Assembly (NCBI GenBank): GCA_036229005.1
Contig: JAZAMN010000016.1
Location: 32,001 to 96,000 of the forward strand
Direction: 5' to 3'
DNA from: Myxococcota bacterium
Lineage (GTDB): Bacteria; Myxococcota_A; UBA796; CAJQPC01
Length of the DNA: 64,000 nucleotides
This document shows positions 1 through 9,357 of the stretch, piece after piece. The stretch's first letter is position 1, and every line of letters begins with the position of its first letter. A program made the position numbers and the translations under genes. The notes beneath the pieces were generated by a model that worked only from the letters and a program-made list of their open reading frames with translations, had not been told where the DNA came from and did not search any database.

Positions 1-795
1 GGGGTTGATCTCAGAACGGAGGAGGAGGGCGGGGCTGTTGATGGCTCCACCGGCGACCACAACACTCGGGGCCTGGATCTGGAGCTCCACCCCGGAAGGG
101 CGCCCCGTGGCCCGGTCGAGGACCTGCGTGTTGACCCGCCAGCCGCCGCCCTGACGCTCCAGGGTCCAGGCGCGGCAGTCGGTGTAGACGCGGGCCCCGA
201 GCTGGACGGCGCGACGCAGGGTGCTGTTGGGGGCGGACATCTTGGCCCCGAAGGCGCAGCCCAGGCCGCAGTAGCCGGAGTTGACGCAGCCGCGGACGTT
301 GCGGCGCAGGGTCTTGGACTCCCAGCCCAGCGCCTCGAGGCCGCGGTGGAGCACAGCGTTGTTGGGGTTGATGGCCCCCAGCGGCCAGTCGCTGATGTTG
401 AGGGCCTGCTCGACGGCCTCCCAGTGAGGGTCCAGGTCGCCGAGCTCGATGCCGAATTGGGCGCGCCAGTGCTCCAGGATGCGGTCGGGGGTGCGGAAGC
501 AGGTGGTCCAGTTGATGGTGGTGCCGCCGCCGTAGGATCGGCCTTGAAGCACGGCGATCGCCGCGTCGGCCGTGGCCCGCGTCATGCGCTCCTGGTAGAG
601 CATCGGGTAGTTGCGGGACTCCTCCAGGGGGACCAGGTCTTCGGTGGGGTGGTAGCCGCCAGCCTCCAGGAGCAGGACGTCCACGCCGCGCTCGGCGAGC
701 TGCCAGGCCAGCACACTGCCGCCCGCGCCGGTGCCGATGATGACGACCTGGGCGCTGTGTTCGCCGGAGCTGAGCTCGGGTCCCTGGGTGATCAT
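1..795 (-). CDS. GMC family oxidoreductase (runs off the window start)
   Basis: Translated by hand from ATG at 795: MITQGPELSSGEHSAQVVIIGTGAGGSV (FAD-binding GxGxxG), then QGRSYGGGTTIN, GCVNSGYCGLGC and AGGAINSPALLLRS. ATGA overlap with the upstream gene. Confidence 0.9.
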   Translation of the reverse strand, partial: MITQGPELSSGEHSAQVVIIGTGAGGSVLAWQLAERGVDVLLLEAGGYHPTEDLVPLEESRNYPMLYQERMTRATADAAIAVLQGRSYGGGTTINWTTCFRTPDRILEHWRAQFGIELGDLDPHWEAVEQALNISDWPLGAINPNNAVLHRGLEALGWESKTLRRNVRGCVNSGYCGLGCAFGAKMSAPNSTLRRAVQLGARVYTDCRAWTLERQGGGWRVNTQVLDRATGRPSGVELQIQAPSVVVAGGAINSPALLLRSEINP

Positions 796-1304
796 GCGGG
801 CACCGGGGGGCCGGGGTAGCCGGCGTGGCGCTGGTAGGCGGGGTTGCCGTAGGCGGTGGCGGAGATCAAGGAGTTCAGGCCCTTGTAGACGGTGCGGCGC
901 AGGGGGATGTTGGAGCGGGACCAGGCGGCCCAGATCTCGACGCGGCGTTCGATGGGCAAGCGCGAGAAGGGGCGCGGGCGGGCATCGAGCAGGGCGCCGA
1001 CGAGGGCGTTCTCCAGCAGGCCCAGGGCCAGGCCGATCTCCTGGCCGTTCTCGGGGGGGAGGGTGGCGAAGAGGGCGTCGAGCTGGGCGGGGACGCCGAC
1101 CTCCAGAGCCGAGGGGAGGGCGTCGGAGGCGGGGCAGACGACCTCGGCCAGGGCGCAGAGGGTGGCGTATTGGGCAGGCGTGAAGCTCTGGAGGGGGCTT
1201 TGGGGCGTGACGCCGCGGCCCGGGAAGAGCGCGAGGCCGCCCAGGGTGAGGGCGATCGTTCCGCCCAGGCCCAGGCCCAGGATGCTGCGGCGGGACAGAG
1301 CCAC
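792..1304 (-). CDS. Gluconate 2-dehydrogenase subunit 3-like Tat-exported partner of the GMC enzyme
   Basis: GTG at 1304 after GGAGAG. Twin-arginine SRRSILG followed by a hydrophobic stretch; PFSRL and GYPGP motifs; coupled to the GMC gene. Confidence 0.7.
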   Translation of the reverse strand: MALSRRSILGLGLGGTIALTLGGLALFPGRGVTPQSPLQSFTPAQYATLCALAEVVCPASDALPSALEVGVPAQLDALFATLPPENGQEIGLALGLLENALVGALLDARPRPFSRLPIERRVEIWAAWSRSNIPLRRTVYKGLNSLISATAYGNPAYQRHAGYPGPPVPA

Positions 1305-1386
1305 CTTGGTCTCTCCGTTGTGAGCGCTCAGGGTGCCTGATCCGCGGGGTGCTGCCAAGTGGGGCCGGGGGGCTTAGACTTGCGGG

Positions 1387-3555
1387 GTGCGATCCCGCCT
1401 CACCCCATGCACCGACTGCGGCTACGGCCTGCGCGCCGACGCCGACGCCTGCCCCAACTGCGGGCTGGTGCTCAAGACCGAAGAGAGCGGCTCCCTGCTG
1501 GACCGCCTGTGGGGGCGCAAGACCGAGCCTCAGGTGCAGCGCAAGGCGGAGTGCCTGCAGACCCTGGAGGCCCACCTGAACCAGGAGGTCGCCCGGCTGC
1601 AGGAGACCCTGGACCGCCTGGACCAGACCCGCGGACCGCTGCAGGCCCGGCGCATGGAGGCGGCCAGCAAGGGGCGTTCAACGCGCGCTCTGGACGAGGG
1701 CCTGGCGCAGATGGAGCACGCCGCCCAGGAGGCGCGCCTGCTGCTGGAGCGTCACAAGGGACTGCTCGAGGGCATCTCCCTGGACCGGCGCCACAACCGG
1801 CTGCTGCTGGAGATGCACGAGGAGCGGGGGCCTGCCCCCGACCTGCCGCCCCCATCGTCTCTCACCGTGCCCCTGCAGCACATCGCGCCACACCCGGGCA
1901 CCAGCGAGGTCATCGGTCTGAGCGCCGACGGGCGCACGATCTACCGCATCGGCCCGCAGTCCGAGCGCACGCTGGCGCTGCCGGGGATCTCCGGGAAGGC
2001 CCGCCTGCTGGTGCGCGGCGACTGGCTGCTGGTGGCCCAGGGCGACACCCTGCGGGCCCTGCACCTGCCCACCCAGCAGCCCAGCGAGCCTCTGACGCTC
2101 AGCCGCGGGCAGATCGTGGCGATGGATCTGGCCGGCAACACCCTCCTGCTGGGCAGCGACCAGGGCAAGCTCTCGCGCCACGTCCTGCGCCCGGGGGGCA
2201 AGGCCCGCTTCCGCGAGGAGATCGTGGCCCACCCCTTCGGCATGGGCGACGTGGCCCTGCTCGCCGGCGGCAAGCGCGCCCTGAGCTGCGGGGGCGGCTG
2301 GGTCACGGCCTGGTGGGTCACCGACACCGGACTGGTCGAGTTCCACAAGGGCAGCCTGCCCGACGCTCGGCAGCTCCTGGTCGACGAGCCGGGCGGGCGC
2401 GTGGCGGTGCTGGGCAAGGGGCGGGTGAGCTTCTGGGACCTGGGGCTCACGGAGCTGCAGGGGGAGTTGCAGGTCCCGGGGGACGTGGAGCAGATCCAGT
2501 GGGCCCCCGACGGCGTGCGGCTGCTGCTCTTTGGGCCCTCGGGGATCCGCCTGGGCGCCACCCGGGGGCAGGCCGGGCCGCCCTTGAGCCTGCCGGTCTC
2601 GGGGCGGGTTCTGGCCGCGGGCTGCGTGGGCACCGATCTGGTGGTCTGCGCGGGCAATGCGGTGTTCGACACGCTGCAGCTACAGCGCGTGCCTCTGGAG
2701 CAGACCGGCCCCACGGGGGCCTCGCTGGTGGAGATCGCCTCCCTCCAGGCCACCGTCCGCGAGTGTCGCCGCTGGGTGCCCGCCGACGTGGTGGCCCGCG
2801 CCAAGGCCGACCCCGTGCTGCTGGAGCAGGCCCGGAACTTTGTGGCCACCGCCGGGCGGCACAGCATCTCGCGCATCGTACAGCGCGCGGCCGGCGCGGA
2901 GTTGCTGGACCCGGTGGCGCGCATCCAGGCGTTTGAGCTGCTCTTTGGTGAGCTCGAGGACCTGATCGCCGGCCTGCGTCCTGCGGAGGCGCTGGCGGGT
3001 CAGCTTGGCCCGGATCTGCGGCGCCTGCAGCGCCTGCCCACCGCCGTGCTGCTGGGTCAGGTGGACGCGCTGTTGGCCGAGCTGGAGGGCGTGCTGGCCT
3101 GCGAGAGCAGCGAAGAGGCGCTGGACCAGGCGCTGGAGACCCTCTCCGGGCTGGAGCGCTGGCTGGCCGAGCTGGACCGGCTGGCCAAGGGGCTCAAGGG
3201 CAGCCTGGCCTCTGTGGACAACCGCCCACAGCTCGTGGCCAGCATCAATCACCTGGCCCAGGAGCTGCCCGAGGTCGCCGACGTGCTGCACGCCCGCCTG
3301 GCGGCGGTGGTCGTAGGGCGCGTGGACAAGCTGGGCGGCGAGCACGCCCTGGAGAAGCTGCGGGACCAGCGCCGCAAGGTGCAGGGCGTGGGCGGACTGG
3401 GCGCCCAGTCGGAGCTGGAGGACCGCACCGGAGACGGCGCCGTGGACGCCGCCGCCGCCGCCGAGCAGCGCAGCGAGTCCCTGGACCGCCTGGGGCAGGC
3501 GCGACGCGAGCTGGGCGCGGAGACGGAGGCCTTCCTGGAGGTGCAGGGGAGCTGA
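1387..3555 (+). CDS. Hypothetical protein: zinc ribbon, coiled coil, WD40-like propeller and helical C-terminus
   Basis: CTDCG...CPNCG at the N-terminus, a heptad-rich segment, and repeats such as LLLGSDQGKL, VSFWDL and IQWAPDG. Confidence 0.65.
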   Translation: MRSRLTPCTDCGYGLRADADACPNCGLVLKTEESGSLLDRLWGRKTEPQVQRKAECLQTLEAHLNQEVARLQETLDRLDQTRGPLQARRMEAASKGRSTRALDEGLAQMEHAAQEARLLLERHKGLLEGISLDRRHNRLLLEMHEERGPAPDLPPPSSLTVPLQHIAPHPGTSEVIGLSADGRTIYRIGPQSERTLALPGISGKARLLVRGDWLLVAQGDTLRALHLPTQQPSEPLTLSRGQIVAMDLAGNTLLLGSDQGKLSRHVLRPGGKARFREEIVAHPFGMGDVALLAGGKRALSCGGGWVTAWWVTDTGLVEFHKGSLPDARQLLVDEPGGRVAVLGKGRVSFWDLGLTELQGELQVPGDVEQIQWAPDGVRLLLFGPSGIRLGATRGQAGPPLSLPVSGRVLAAGCVGTDLVVCAGNAVFDTLQLQRVPLEQTGPTGASLVEIASLQATVRECRRWVPADVVARAKADPVLLEQARNFVATAGRHSISRIVQRAAGAELLDPVARIQAFELLFGELEDLIAGLRPAEALAGQLGPDLRRLQRLPTAVLLGQVDALLAELEGVLACESSEEALDQALETLSGLERWLAELDRLAKGLKGSLASVDNRPQLVASINHLAQELPEVADVLHARLAAVVVGRVDKLGGEHALEKLRDQRRKVQGVGGLGAQSELEDRTGDGAVDAAAAAEQRSESLDRLGQARRELGAETEAFLEVQGS

Positions 3556-3612
3556 GCCTGCGGGGCTGTCTGGCTGTCGGCTACCGTTCGGCCCGACCAG
3601 CAGGAGAACCCC

Positions 3613-4089
3613 ATGCGCGCCCTCTCTCTCACCCTCCCCTTTGCCCTCCTGGGCCTGATCGCCTGTGACAAGGACGACGCCCTCATCGACGACACCCAGG
3701 TCGAAGCCGACGCCGACGCAGACAGCGACACGGACTCGGACAGCGACTCGGACGCCGACAGCGAATCGGACGCCGACAGCGACCCGGCGCCCACCTGGAG
3801 TGAGGTGGAGCCCATCTTCTCGGCGAGCTGCGGGGGCTACTGCCACGGTACCAGCGGCAGCGGCGGCCTGAGCATCACCGACCGGGCCTCTTTGGTGGGC
3901 GCCGCCAGCTCGGTGGCTGGGTACTCCTACGTCGAGCCCGGCTCGCTGGAGGACAGCTACCTGTGGCACAAGCTGGAGGGCACCCAGAGCACGGTGGGTG
4001 GCAGCGGCGAGCAGATGCCCAAGGGCAGCAGCCTCAGCGCCGCGGACAAGGCCACGCTGCAGGACTGGATCCTGGGCGGCGCCCAATAG
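3613..4089 (+). CDS. Monoheme c-type cytochrome lipoprotein with Asp-rich linker and atypical CX3CH motif
   Basis: Lipobox LIAC, (DS/DA/DT)n linker, SCGGYCHG, distal QMPK and WILGGA end. AGGAG RBS. Confidence 0.8.
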   Translation: MRALSLTLPFALLGLIACDKDDALIDDTQVEADADADSDTDSDSDSDADSESDADSDPAPTWSEVEPIFSASCGGYCHGTSGSGGLSITDRASLVGAASSVAGYSYVEPGSLEDSYLWHKLEGTQSTVGGSGEQMPKGSSLSAADKATLQDWILGGAQ

Positions 4090-4189
4090 CCCCTGTTTCA
4101 GGGACCTTAAGCGTGAATAAGCCCTTGCAACCTGACAGAGTGAGGGCCCCGCGCTACCCTGCTGGCTGCTTGACCAGCAGGAGAACCCC

Positions 4190-4687
4190 ATGCGCAAGAT
4201 CATGCTTTCCCTCCCCCTCTTGATGGCCGGTGGCCTCATCGCCTGTGACAAGGGCGAAGACTCCGGCATCGACGACACCCAGGTGGAGGCCGACGCCGAC
4301 ACCGACGCGGACTCCGACAGCGACTCCGACTCGGACTCCGACAGCGACTCGGACACCGACGCTGACACCGACGCGGACGCAGACGCCGACCCCGTCCCCA
4401 CCTGGGACGACGTGCAGCCCATCTTCTCGGGCAAGTGTGGTGGTTGCCACGGCACCAGCGGCGGCCTTTCCATCTCGGGCAAGTCCTCCCTGGTGGACGC
4501 GCCCAGCTCCGTGGCTGGCTACGACCAGATCGAGCCCGGCTCCACCGCCGACTCCTACGTGTGGCACAAGCTGCAGGGCACCCAGAGCTCCGTCGGCGGC
4601 AGCGGCGCCGCGATGCCCAAGTCCGGCTCCATGAGCGCCGACGACATGGACACCATCGAGGCTTGGATTCTGGGCGGGGCGCAGTAG
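4190..4687 (+). CDS. Monoheme c-type cytochrome lipoprotein with Asp-rich linker (tandem paralog)
   Basis: Lipobox LIAC, KCGGCHG (CXXCH) and AMPK. Clearly similar to 3613..4089. Confidence 0.85.
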   Translation: MRKIMLSLPLLMAGGLIACDKGEDSGIDDTQVEADADTDADSDSDSDSDSDSDSDTDADTDADADADPVPTWDDVQPIFSGKCGGCHGTSGGLSISGKSSLVDAPSSVAGYDQIEPGSTADSYVWHKLQGTQSSVGGSGAAMPKSGSMSADDMDTIEAWILGGAQ

Positions 4688-4713
4688 TTCGCAGGGCGAA
4701 GTACTGTATTTTT
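4682..4713 (+). terminator. Intrinsic terminator of the cytochrome pair
   Basis: CAGTA-G-TTCGC/AGG/GCGAA-G-TACTG stem followed by TATTTTT, overlapping the stop codon. Confidence 0.6.
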
Positions 4714-4846
4714 GTGGGGACAAGGTCCCCACACCCCTGTACGGGGGCGCACGCGCCCCCGGGCTCGGGCCAGGCATGGCCCGGCCGGGATTTGCGGCCG
4801 GCGTGATGAGGTGCCGCTGAGAGCGGGCACGCCGGCCGGCAAATCC
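4713..4846. other. Cluster of consecutive GC-rich hairpins
   Basis: TGTGGGGAC-AAG-GTCCCCACA; CGGGGGCGC-AC-GCGCCCCCG; CGGGCCA-GGCA-TGGCCCG; GGATTTGCGGCCGGCGTG...CACGCCGGCCGGCAAATCC. Confidence 0.6.
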
Positions 4847-4857
4847 GAGAGGGGGGC

Positions 4858-5590
4858 CCAGGAATCGGAGTTCGGTGAAGGCGACGAGAGTAACGCCCGG
4901 CCCGAGGACGGCGGCTCCGTCTCCGTCTAAGTCGGAGACCTGGACGCGCGGGCCAACAGATCCTCACCGAGTTGGTCGAGGAGGATCTCGTGAACTGGTG
5001 CGCCGCGGGCATTCTGGTGATCCACACCCTCGCAGCGCAAGGAGATCGCCGTCTCCATGACCACCTACGTCCACGAAAGGACCGCCGTCGCAGGGATCGA
5101 GGTCGCCGCCCGCGCCGCAGTCGTACCCACAGCGATGGCCTGGCGACCTGGGCAACCTAGTACATTTGGCGACATTCCTCGACCAGGCCGAAGGGACGGA
5201 CCTCTACCTCCATGACCGAGGCCTGCAAATGCGGCGCCGAACCGGGAGCACGAGAGAGCTATCGGGCACGCCTGCGCCGGCCACAAGACGCAGTCCCCCC
5301 TCAGGCCATCCTGACCGCAGTGAACGCAATCCTCACGGAGTCTGGAGCCCAGCCAGCGATGCTGTTCGAGTGGTTCGACGGGCCCTACCTGAACTACGAC
5401 TCCCTGAACCACGTCCCGCTCAACAATGGCTGGCACTCTTGACCGTTGTGAATCCCCAACTCGGGAGTGTTGGGTAGGGGGCGCCTTCCTCGACCTCGAC
5501 GCCTACCTGGACACCGACACCTACCTCGGTATTGGCCCTGAATCCGCGTACGACTACAGAGGCAAGGCGGCGGGTGTTGGAGAGCCAAAA
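4858..5590 (+). pseudogene. Possible decayed gene remnant
   Basis: Short coding-like segments in alternating + frames (QQILTELVEEDLVNW..., MTTYVHER..., ...MLFEWFDGPYLNYD..., ...FLDLDAYLDTDTYLG) broken by stops and frameshifts. No family recognised. Confidence 0.3.
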
Positions 5591-5591
5591 C

Positions 5592-6191
5592 CTACGCAGC
5601 CGCAGTTCGACCGCGGAGGAAGTGAACAGCCGGGCGGATGTCCTCCAAGTGCTCCTCTTCCTGCTTCTCGGCTGCTTCCCGCAGGATGCGGGTAAGACCG
5701 CGCAGGAGCTGAACAAGCAGGCTCATGCTCTTGGACAACGCCCCGGTCCGCCTCTCCACGAACTCGGCAGCACGCCAGAACGCGTTGTGCTCAAGGACCA
5801 GTTGCCAGAGGCCATCTGCCGTCTCGCGAGCGATGTCGGCGACCTCCTCAGTCCAATCCTCCTGCTCCGCCTTATAGGCCTCGGTGACGGGCGAACGTGG
5901 GGTCTGGCGCGACGGAGCAAGGCTACGTGCCAGTTCCTCGTATCCATCAGATCGTCGCATCACGTGGGTATGGGTCACATAGAGCACCCGAAACGTGGTG
6001 CTCGCTGGGGAAAGGTCCCCACGGTCGGCTGCCTTGAGTAGCGCGAGACGCTGCTCAGCAAAGTGAGCACGGAGCCGCCTGTTGCGGATCTGCCGCTTCA
6101 TGGATCGGATGCGCACCACACTGGCCGCAGACTGGCCAAGCAGAACGAGCCCGCTGAGGATCGACAGAACCAGAATCAGTGTAATGAACAT
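5592..6191 (-). CDS. Hypothetical protein with N-terminal membrane anchor (low-GC island)
   Basis: 199-aa ORF with AGGAG upstream, hydrophobic N-terminus then a helical domain; atypical codon usage. Confidence 0.65.
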   Translation of the reverse strand: MFITLILVLSILSGLVLLGQSAASVVRIRSMKRQIRNRRLRAHFAEQRLALLKAADRGDLSPASTTFRVLYVTHTHVMRRSDGYEELARSLAPSRQTPRSPVTEAYKAEQEDWTEEVADIARETADGLWQLVLEHNAFWRAAEFVERRTGALSKSMSLLVQLLRGLTRILREAAEKQEEEHLEDIRPAVHFLRGRTAAA

Positions 6192-6255
6192 TCGGCTGCT
6201 CTCCTATCTGAATGGTACGTAGGCGGCGCGCATTTTGCCTTTCGGACCTCTGTAC

Positions 6256-6639
6256 TCATCCTCCACTCCCCCCCTTGATCTCCTTCAACTTGCGGACTTT
6301 GGCCTCCATGTCGTCACGTGCGGACTGGGCGTCAACATACTCGCCACCGATGCAGAGTCGCTCAATCTCCTCGTCGGAAAAGCCGAGGTTGGACTTAAAA
6401 AAGGCGATTCGATAATCCCTGGCCTCGGCTGCCAGACGCTGAATAGTCTGCTTCTGCTGCTCTCGCTCAGCCTCAGCTGCCTGCCACTCCTTGCGCTTGG
6501 TCCAAGCTCTGAAGGCCCATGGAATGCCGATGAAGAGCAGTGCGGCAAGCAGGCACTTGCCAAAGCCAATGTCAGCGACCGCCTGATTGAGAGCCTCGAT
6601 CAGTCCTGTCAGCGCCTCGATTGTGTCTGAATCAGGCAA
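6256..6639 (-). CDS. Small single-TM coiled-coil hypothetical protein (low-GC island)
   Basis: TTG at 6639 after GGAGG. TM segment CLLAALLFIGIPWAF followed by a charged helix. Confidence 0.6.
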   Translation of the reverse strand: MPDSDTIEALTGLIEALNQAVADIGFGKCLLAALLFIGIPWAFRAWTKRKEWQAAEAEREQQKQTIQRLAAEARDYRIAFFKSNLGFSDEEIERLCIGGEYVDAQSARDDMEAKVRKLKEIKGGSGG

Positions 6640-6713
6640 CGCCCCTCCACTTTCCCCCGTTTGATCCCGACAGGTCATAGCGAGTCCGGGGGATTCCTGC
6701 ATTTCGGTGAATT

Positions 6714-9335
6714 TCACCGTAGCTCCCCACTCCCACTCGATGAGGCAACTCCATACTCAATTCCCGCTCCCAGCAGGGCCGCTCCCTCTAACGCGATGGG
6801 GGGCCAGCTCTTCACCGCCCTGGACCTCGGCAAGGTCAGAGGCATGGCGCAGCATTCGCTGCTCCACTTGTTCGCCGTGCTCTTCCACGACGTGGACCGC
6901 GACCAGCTCAAGGATGGCTTCATCGGCCCCGCCAGCAAACCCGAGGTGGGCGACCGAAGCGTGGCGGTCGAGTATCGGGGGACAGGTGACGGCGAACCGG
7001 CGACCGGCGACCGGCGATGACATGACTCCAGGGTCGAAGCGGTCGTGCCAGCCGACCTGGGGACGCCCCCCTCACGACGACCTACCCGCCCCCGCCGCCA
7101 CAGCACCAACACCACGCCCAGCACCCCCCAGAGCCCCCCCACACCACCCCCGCCGCAACCACACCCCTCGGGCGCAGAGACCTGCCCGGAGTCGGCCGGC
7201 AGACCGGTGTCCTCGCGGGTGGCATCGAGTCCGTCGCAGTCCTGGTCCACGCCATCCTGGGGGTGGTCCAGGGCGCCCGGGTACACCGAGGCATCCCCGT
7301 CCTCACAGTCCCCGTTGGGCGTGCCCCACTGGGCCTCGCCGTCGCCATCGCAGAGCAGGTCGGCGCTGAGCACGGTCTGCTCGCTGCGGTAGCCGTCGCC
7401 GTCGGCGTCCTGAAAGCAGAGCTCCTGCCCGTCACAGTCGGAGTCCAGGGCGTCGTCGACCTCCTCGGAGGCGGCGGGGTTCACCTCGGGGTCGCCGTCG
7501 TGGCAATCACCGGGCTCGCCATCGGCGCCGAGCACGCCCTCCTCCGCGCAGTCCAGGTCGCCCAGAGCGGTCTCGCCGGCGTGGAAGTGGTCCTGGTCCG
7601 CATCCAGGTAGCAGAGCTCGCGCCCGTCGCAGTCCTGGTCCACGCCATCGTCCAGAGCCTCGGTCTGGAGAGGAGAGACCGTGGGGTCCGCGTCATCGCA
7701 GTCCCCACCCTCCAGGCTGCCGTCCACCGCCCACGCCTCCGAACAGTCCAGCGCAGACGAGGTCACCGGGTCGCTGGCCCGCACGCCATCGCCGTCCGCG
7801 TCGATCCAGCAGAGCTCCTGGCCGTCGCAGTCCTGGTCCACGCCGTCGTCGGGCAGCTCGAGGGCGCCGGGGTGGATGCTGGGGTCCTCCGGCGCGCAGT
7901 CGCCCAGCGCGCCCGCATAGCCGGAGGGGGCGGCGCAGGCGGTCACCGGGTCGCGGTCCTCCCCGAAGCCGTCGCCGTCATCGTCCGGAAACCAGGCGCG
8001 CAGGCAGGTGCCGTAGACCAGGTGGGCCGCCCCGCCGTCGGTGGCCAGGTCGTCGTCGCCCTCGGCGCCCAGGAGCAGCTCGGCGGCGCCGTCGCCGTTC
8101 AGGTCGGGGACCAGGGCCACGCTGTGCCCCAGGTAGTCGGTGTCGTCGGCGTCCGCGGCCGTCCACTTGGTCTGGGTGGCCGCCTGGAGCCCCGTCACGG
8201 AGCCCAGGAACACATAGGCGGCGCCCGCGTTGGTGGCCGCGCCGTCGTCGTTCCAGGCGCCCACGACCAGGTCCAGCCAGCCGTCGCCGTTTACGTCCTG
8301 GCCGCCAGCCAGAGCCACGCCGAAGTTGTCCCACTTGTCCCCGTCGGCGGCGACCAGGGTGCGCTCGCTGGCCGCCGTCAGGCCCGACACCGAGCCGCTG
8401 TAGACGTAGACCACGCCGTCGTTCTGGGCCGCGTGGTCCGCCAGGTGGGCGCCCACGGCCAGCTCGTCGAAGCCGTCGCCGTCCACGTCGCCGAGACCGG
8501 CGAGGGCGTGGCCAAAGTAGTCCGAGGGCTCCGCGTCGGAGGCGGACAGGGTGACCTCGCTGGCGGGATCCAGTCCGGTGGCTGTGCCGAAGTAGACGTA
8601 GGTGGTGCCGGTGTACCCGGAGTCTCCCTGGGCGCCCACAGCCACATCCCCGAAGCCGTCCCCGTCAAAGTCCCCGTGCCCCAGGGCGTAGCCGAAGCCC
8701 TTGAAGTCGCTGGGGTCGCTGGGCTCCAGGCGCTGCTCGCTGCCCAGGCCTGAGGCGCTGCCCAGGTACAGGTAGACCGCGCCGCCGGAGAGGGCCCCGC
8801 CTGAATGCCCCAGGGCGCCGACCAGAGCGTCGGGGTGGCCGTCTCCATTGACGTCCCCGGCGGAGGCCACGGGGAAGCCGAAGAACTGGCCGGCGTCCGC
8901 GTCGCTGGCGTAGAGATCTTGAGCGTGCGCGAGGCCGGCCGAGCTACCCAGCCAGAGGCTCGCGGTCTCGGCGCCCAGGTCGCCCACGAGCAGGTCGGCC
9001 AGGCCGTCACCGTCCACGTCGCCGAGGCCGGCCAGGCTCCGCCCGAAGCTGGCGCCGGTGCTTGGGGTCAGGGTGTCCTCGCCGGTGGGATCCAGCCCCG
9101 TGGAGGTGCCGCTGTAGACGAAGACTGCGCCGGTGGACCCAGATCCGGGAGCGCCCAGAGCCACCTCCCCGAAGCCGTCCCCATCGACATCGCCCAAGGC
9201 CGTGACCCAGGCGCCGGCTTGGGCGTAAGCCTGGGAGCTGGCGGGGCTGAGCTTGGCGGAGGCGGCGAGGGAGAGGCGCGCGGCGGCGGGCGCGCTGGCG
9301 TCGGGCAGGGTGGTGCAGGCGAGCAGCCAGATCAT
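6714..9335 (-). CDS. FG-GAP (integrin-alpha-like) propeller lipoprotein with four MopE-like Cys/Asp repeats and a MYXO-CTERM-like tail
   Basis: About 7 GDVDGDGxxDxxVGA repeats, 4x DCxxxDxxxxP...DxDCDG, and GCGCGGGG-hydrophobic-WRRGR near 7085-7165. The frame stays open about 120 codons beyond this tail. Confidence 0.85.
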   Translation of the reverse strand: MIWLLACTTLPDASAPAAARLSLAASAKLSPASSQAYAQAGAWVTALGDVDGDGFGEVALGAPGSGSTGAVFVYSGTSTGLDPTGEDTLTPSTGASFGRSLAGLGDVDGDGLADLLVGDLGAETASLWLGSSAGLAHAQDLYASDADAGQFFGFPVASAGDVNGDGHPDALVGALGHSGGALSGGAVYLYLGSASGLGSEQRLEPSDPSDFKGFGYALGHGDFDGDGFGDVAVGAQGDSGYTGTTYVYFGTATGLDPASEVTLSASDAEPSDYFGHALAGLGDVDGDGFDELAVGAHLADHAAQNDGVVYVYSGSVSGLTAASERTLVAADGDKWDNFGVALAGGQDVNGDGWLDLVVGAWNDDGAATNAGAAYVFLGSVTGLQAATQTKWTAADADDTDYLGHSVALVPDLNGDGAAELLLGAEGDDDLATDGGAAHLVYGTCLRAWFPDDDGDGFGEDRDPVTACAAPSGYAGALGDCAPEDPSIHPGALELPDDGVDQDCDGQELCWIDADGDGVRASDPVTSSALDCSEAWAVDGSLEGGDCDDADPTVSPLQTEALDDGVDQDCDGRELCYLDADQDHFHAGETALGDLDCAEEGVLGADGEPGDCHDGDPEVNPAASEEVDDALDSDCDGQELCFQDADGDGYRSEQTVLSADLLCDGDGEAQWGTPNGDCEDGDASVYPGALDHPQDGVDQDCDGLDATREDTGLPADSGQVSAPEGCGCGGGGVGGLWGVLGVVLVLWRRGRVGRREGGVPRSAGTTASTLESCHRRSPVAGSPSPVPRYSTATLRSPTSGLLAGPMKPSLSWSRSTSWKSTANKWSSECCAMPLTLPRSRAVKSWPPIALEGAALLGAGIEYGVASSSGSGELR
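6968..7017. repeat. Heptamer tandem repeat (ACCGGCG)3 preceded by TCGAGTA/TCGGGGG-type heptamers
   Basis: Read directly; same family as 37654-37791, 45362-45447 and 46571-46598. Confidence 0.7.
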
Positions 9336-9357
9336 GCCTGCACCCTACCCCGGGGGC

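Noticed and set aside
6796..7020. Short + strand ORF MGGQLFTALDLGKVRG...
   Set aside because: It has no RBS or recognisable family and runs into the heptamer repeat; at most a gene fragment.
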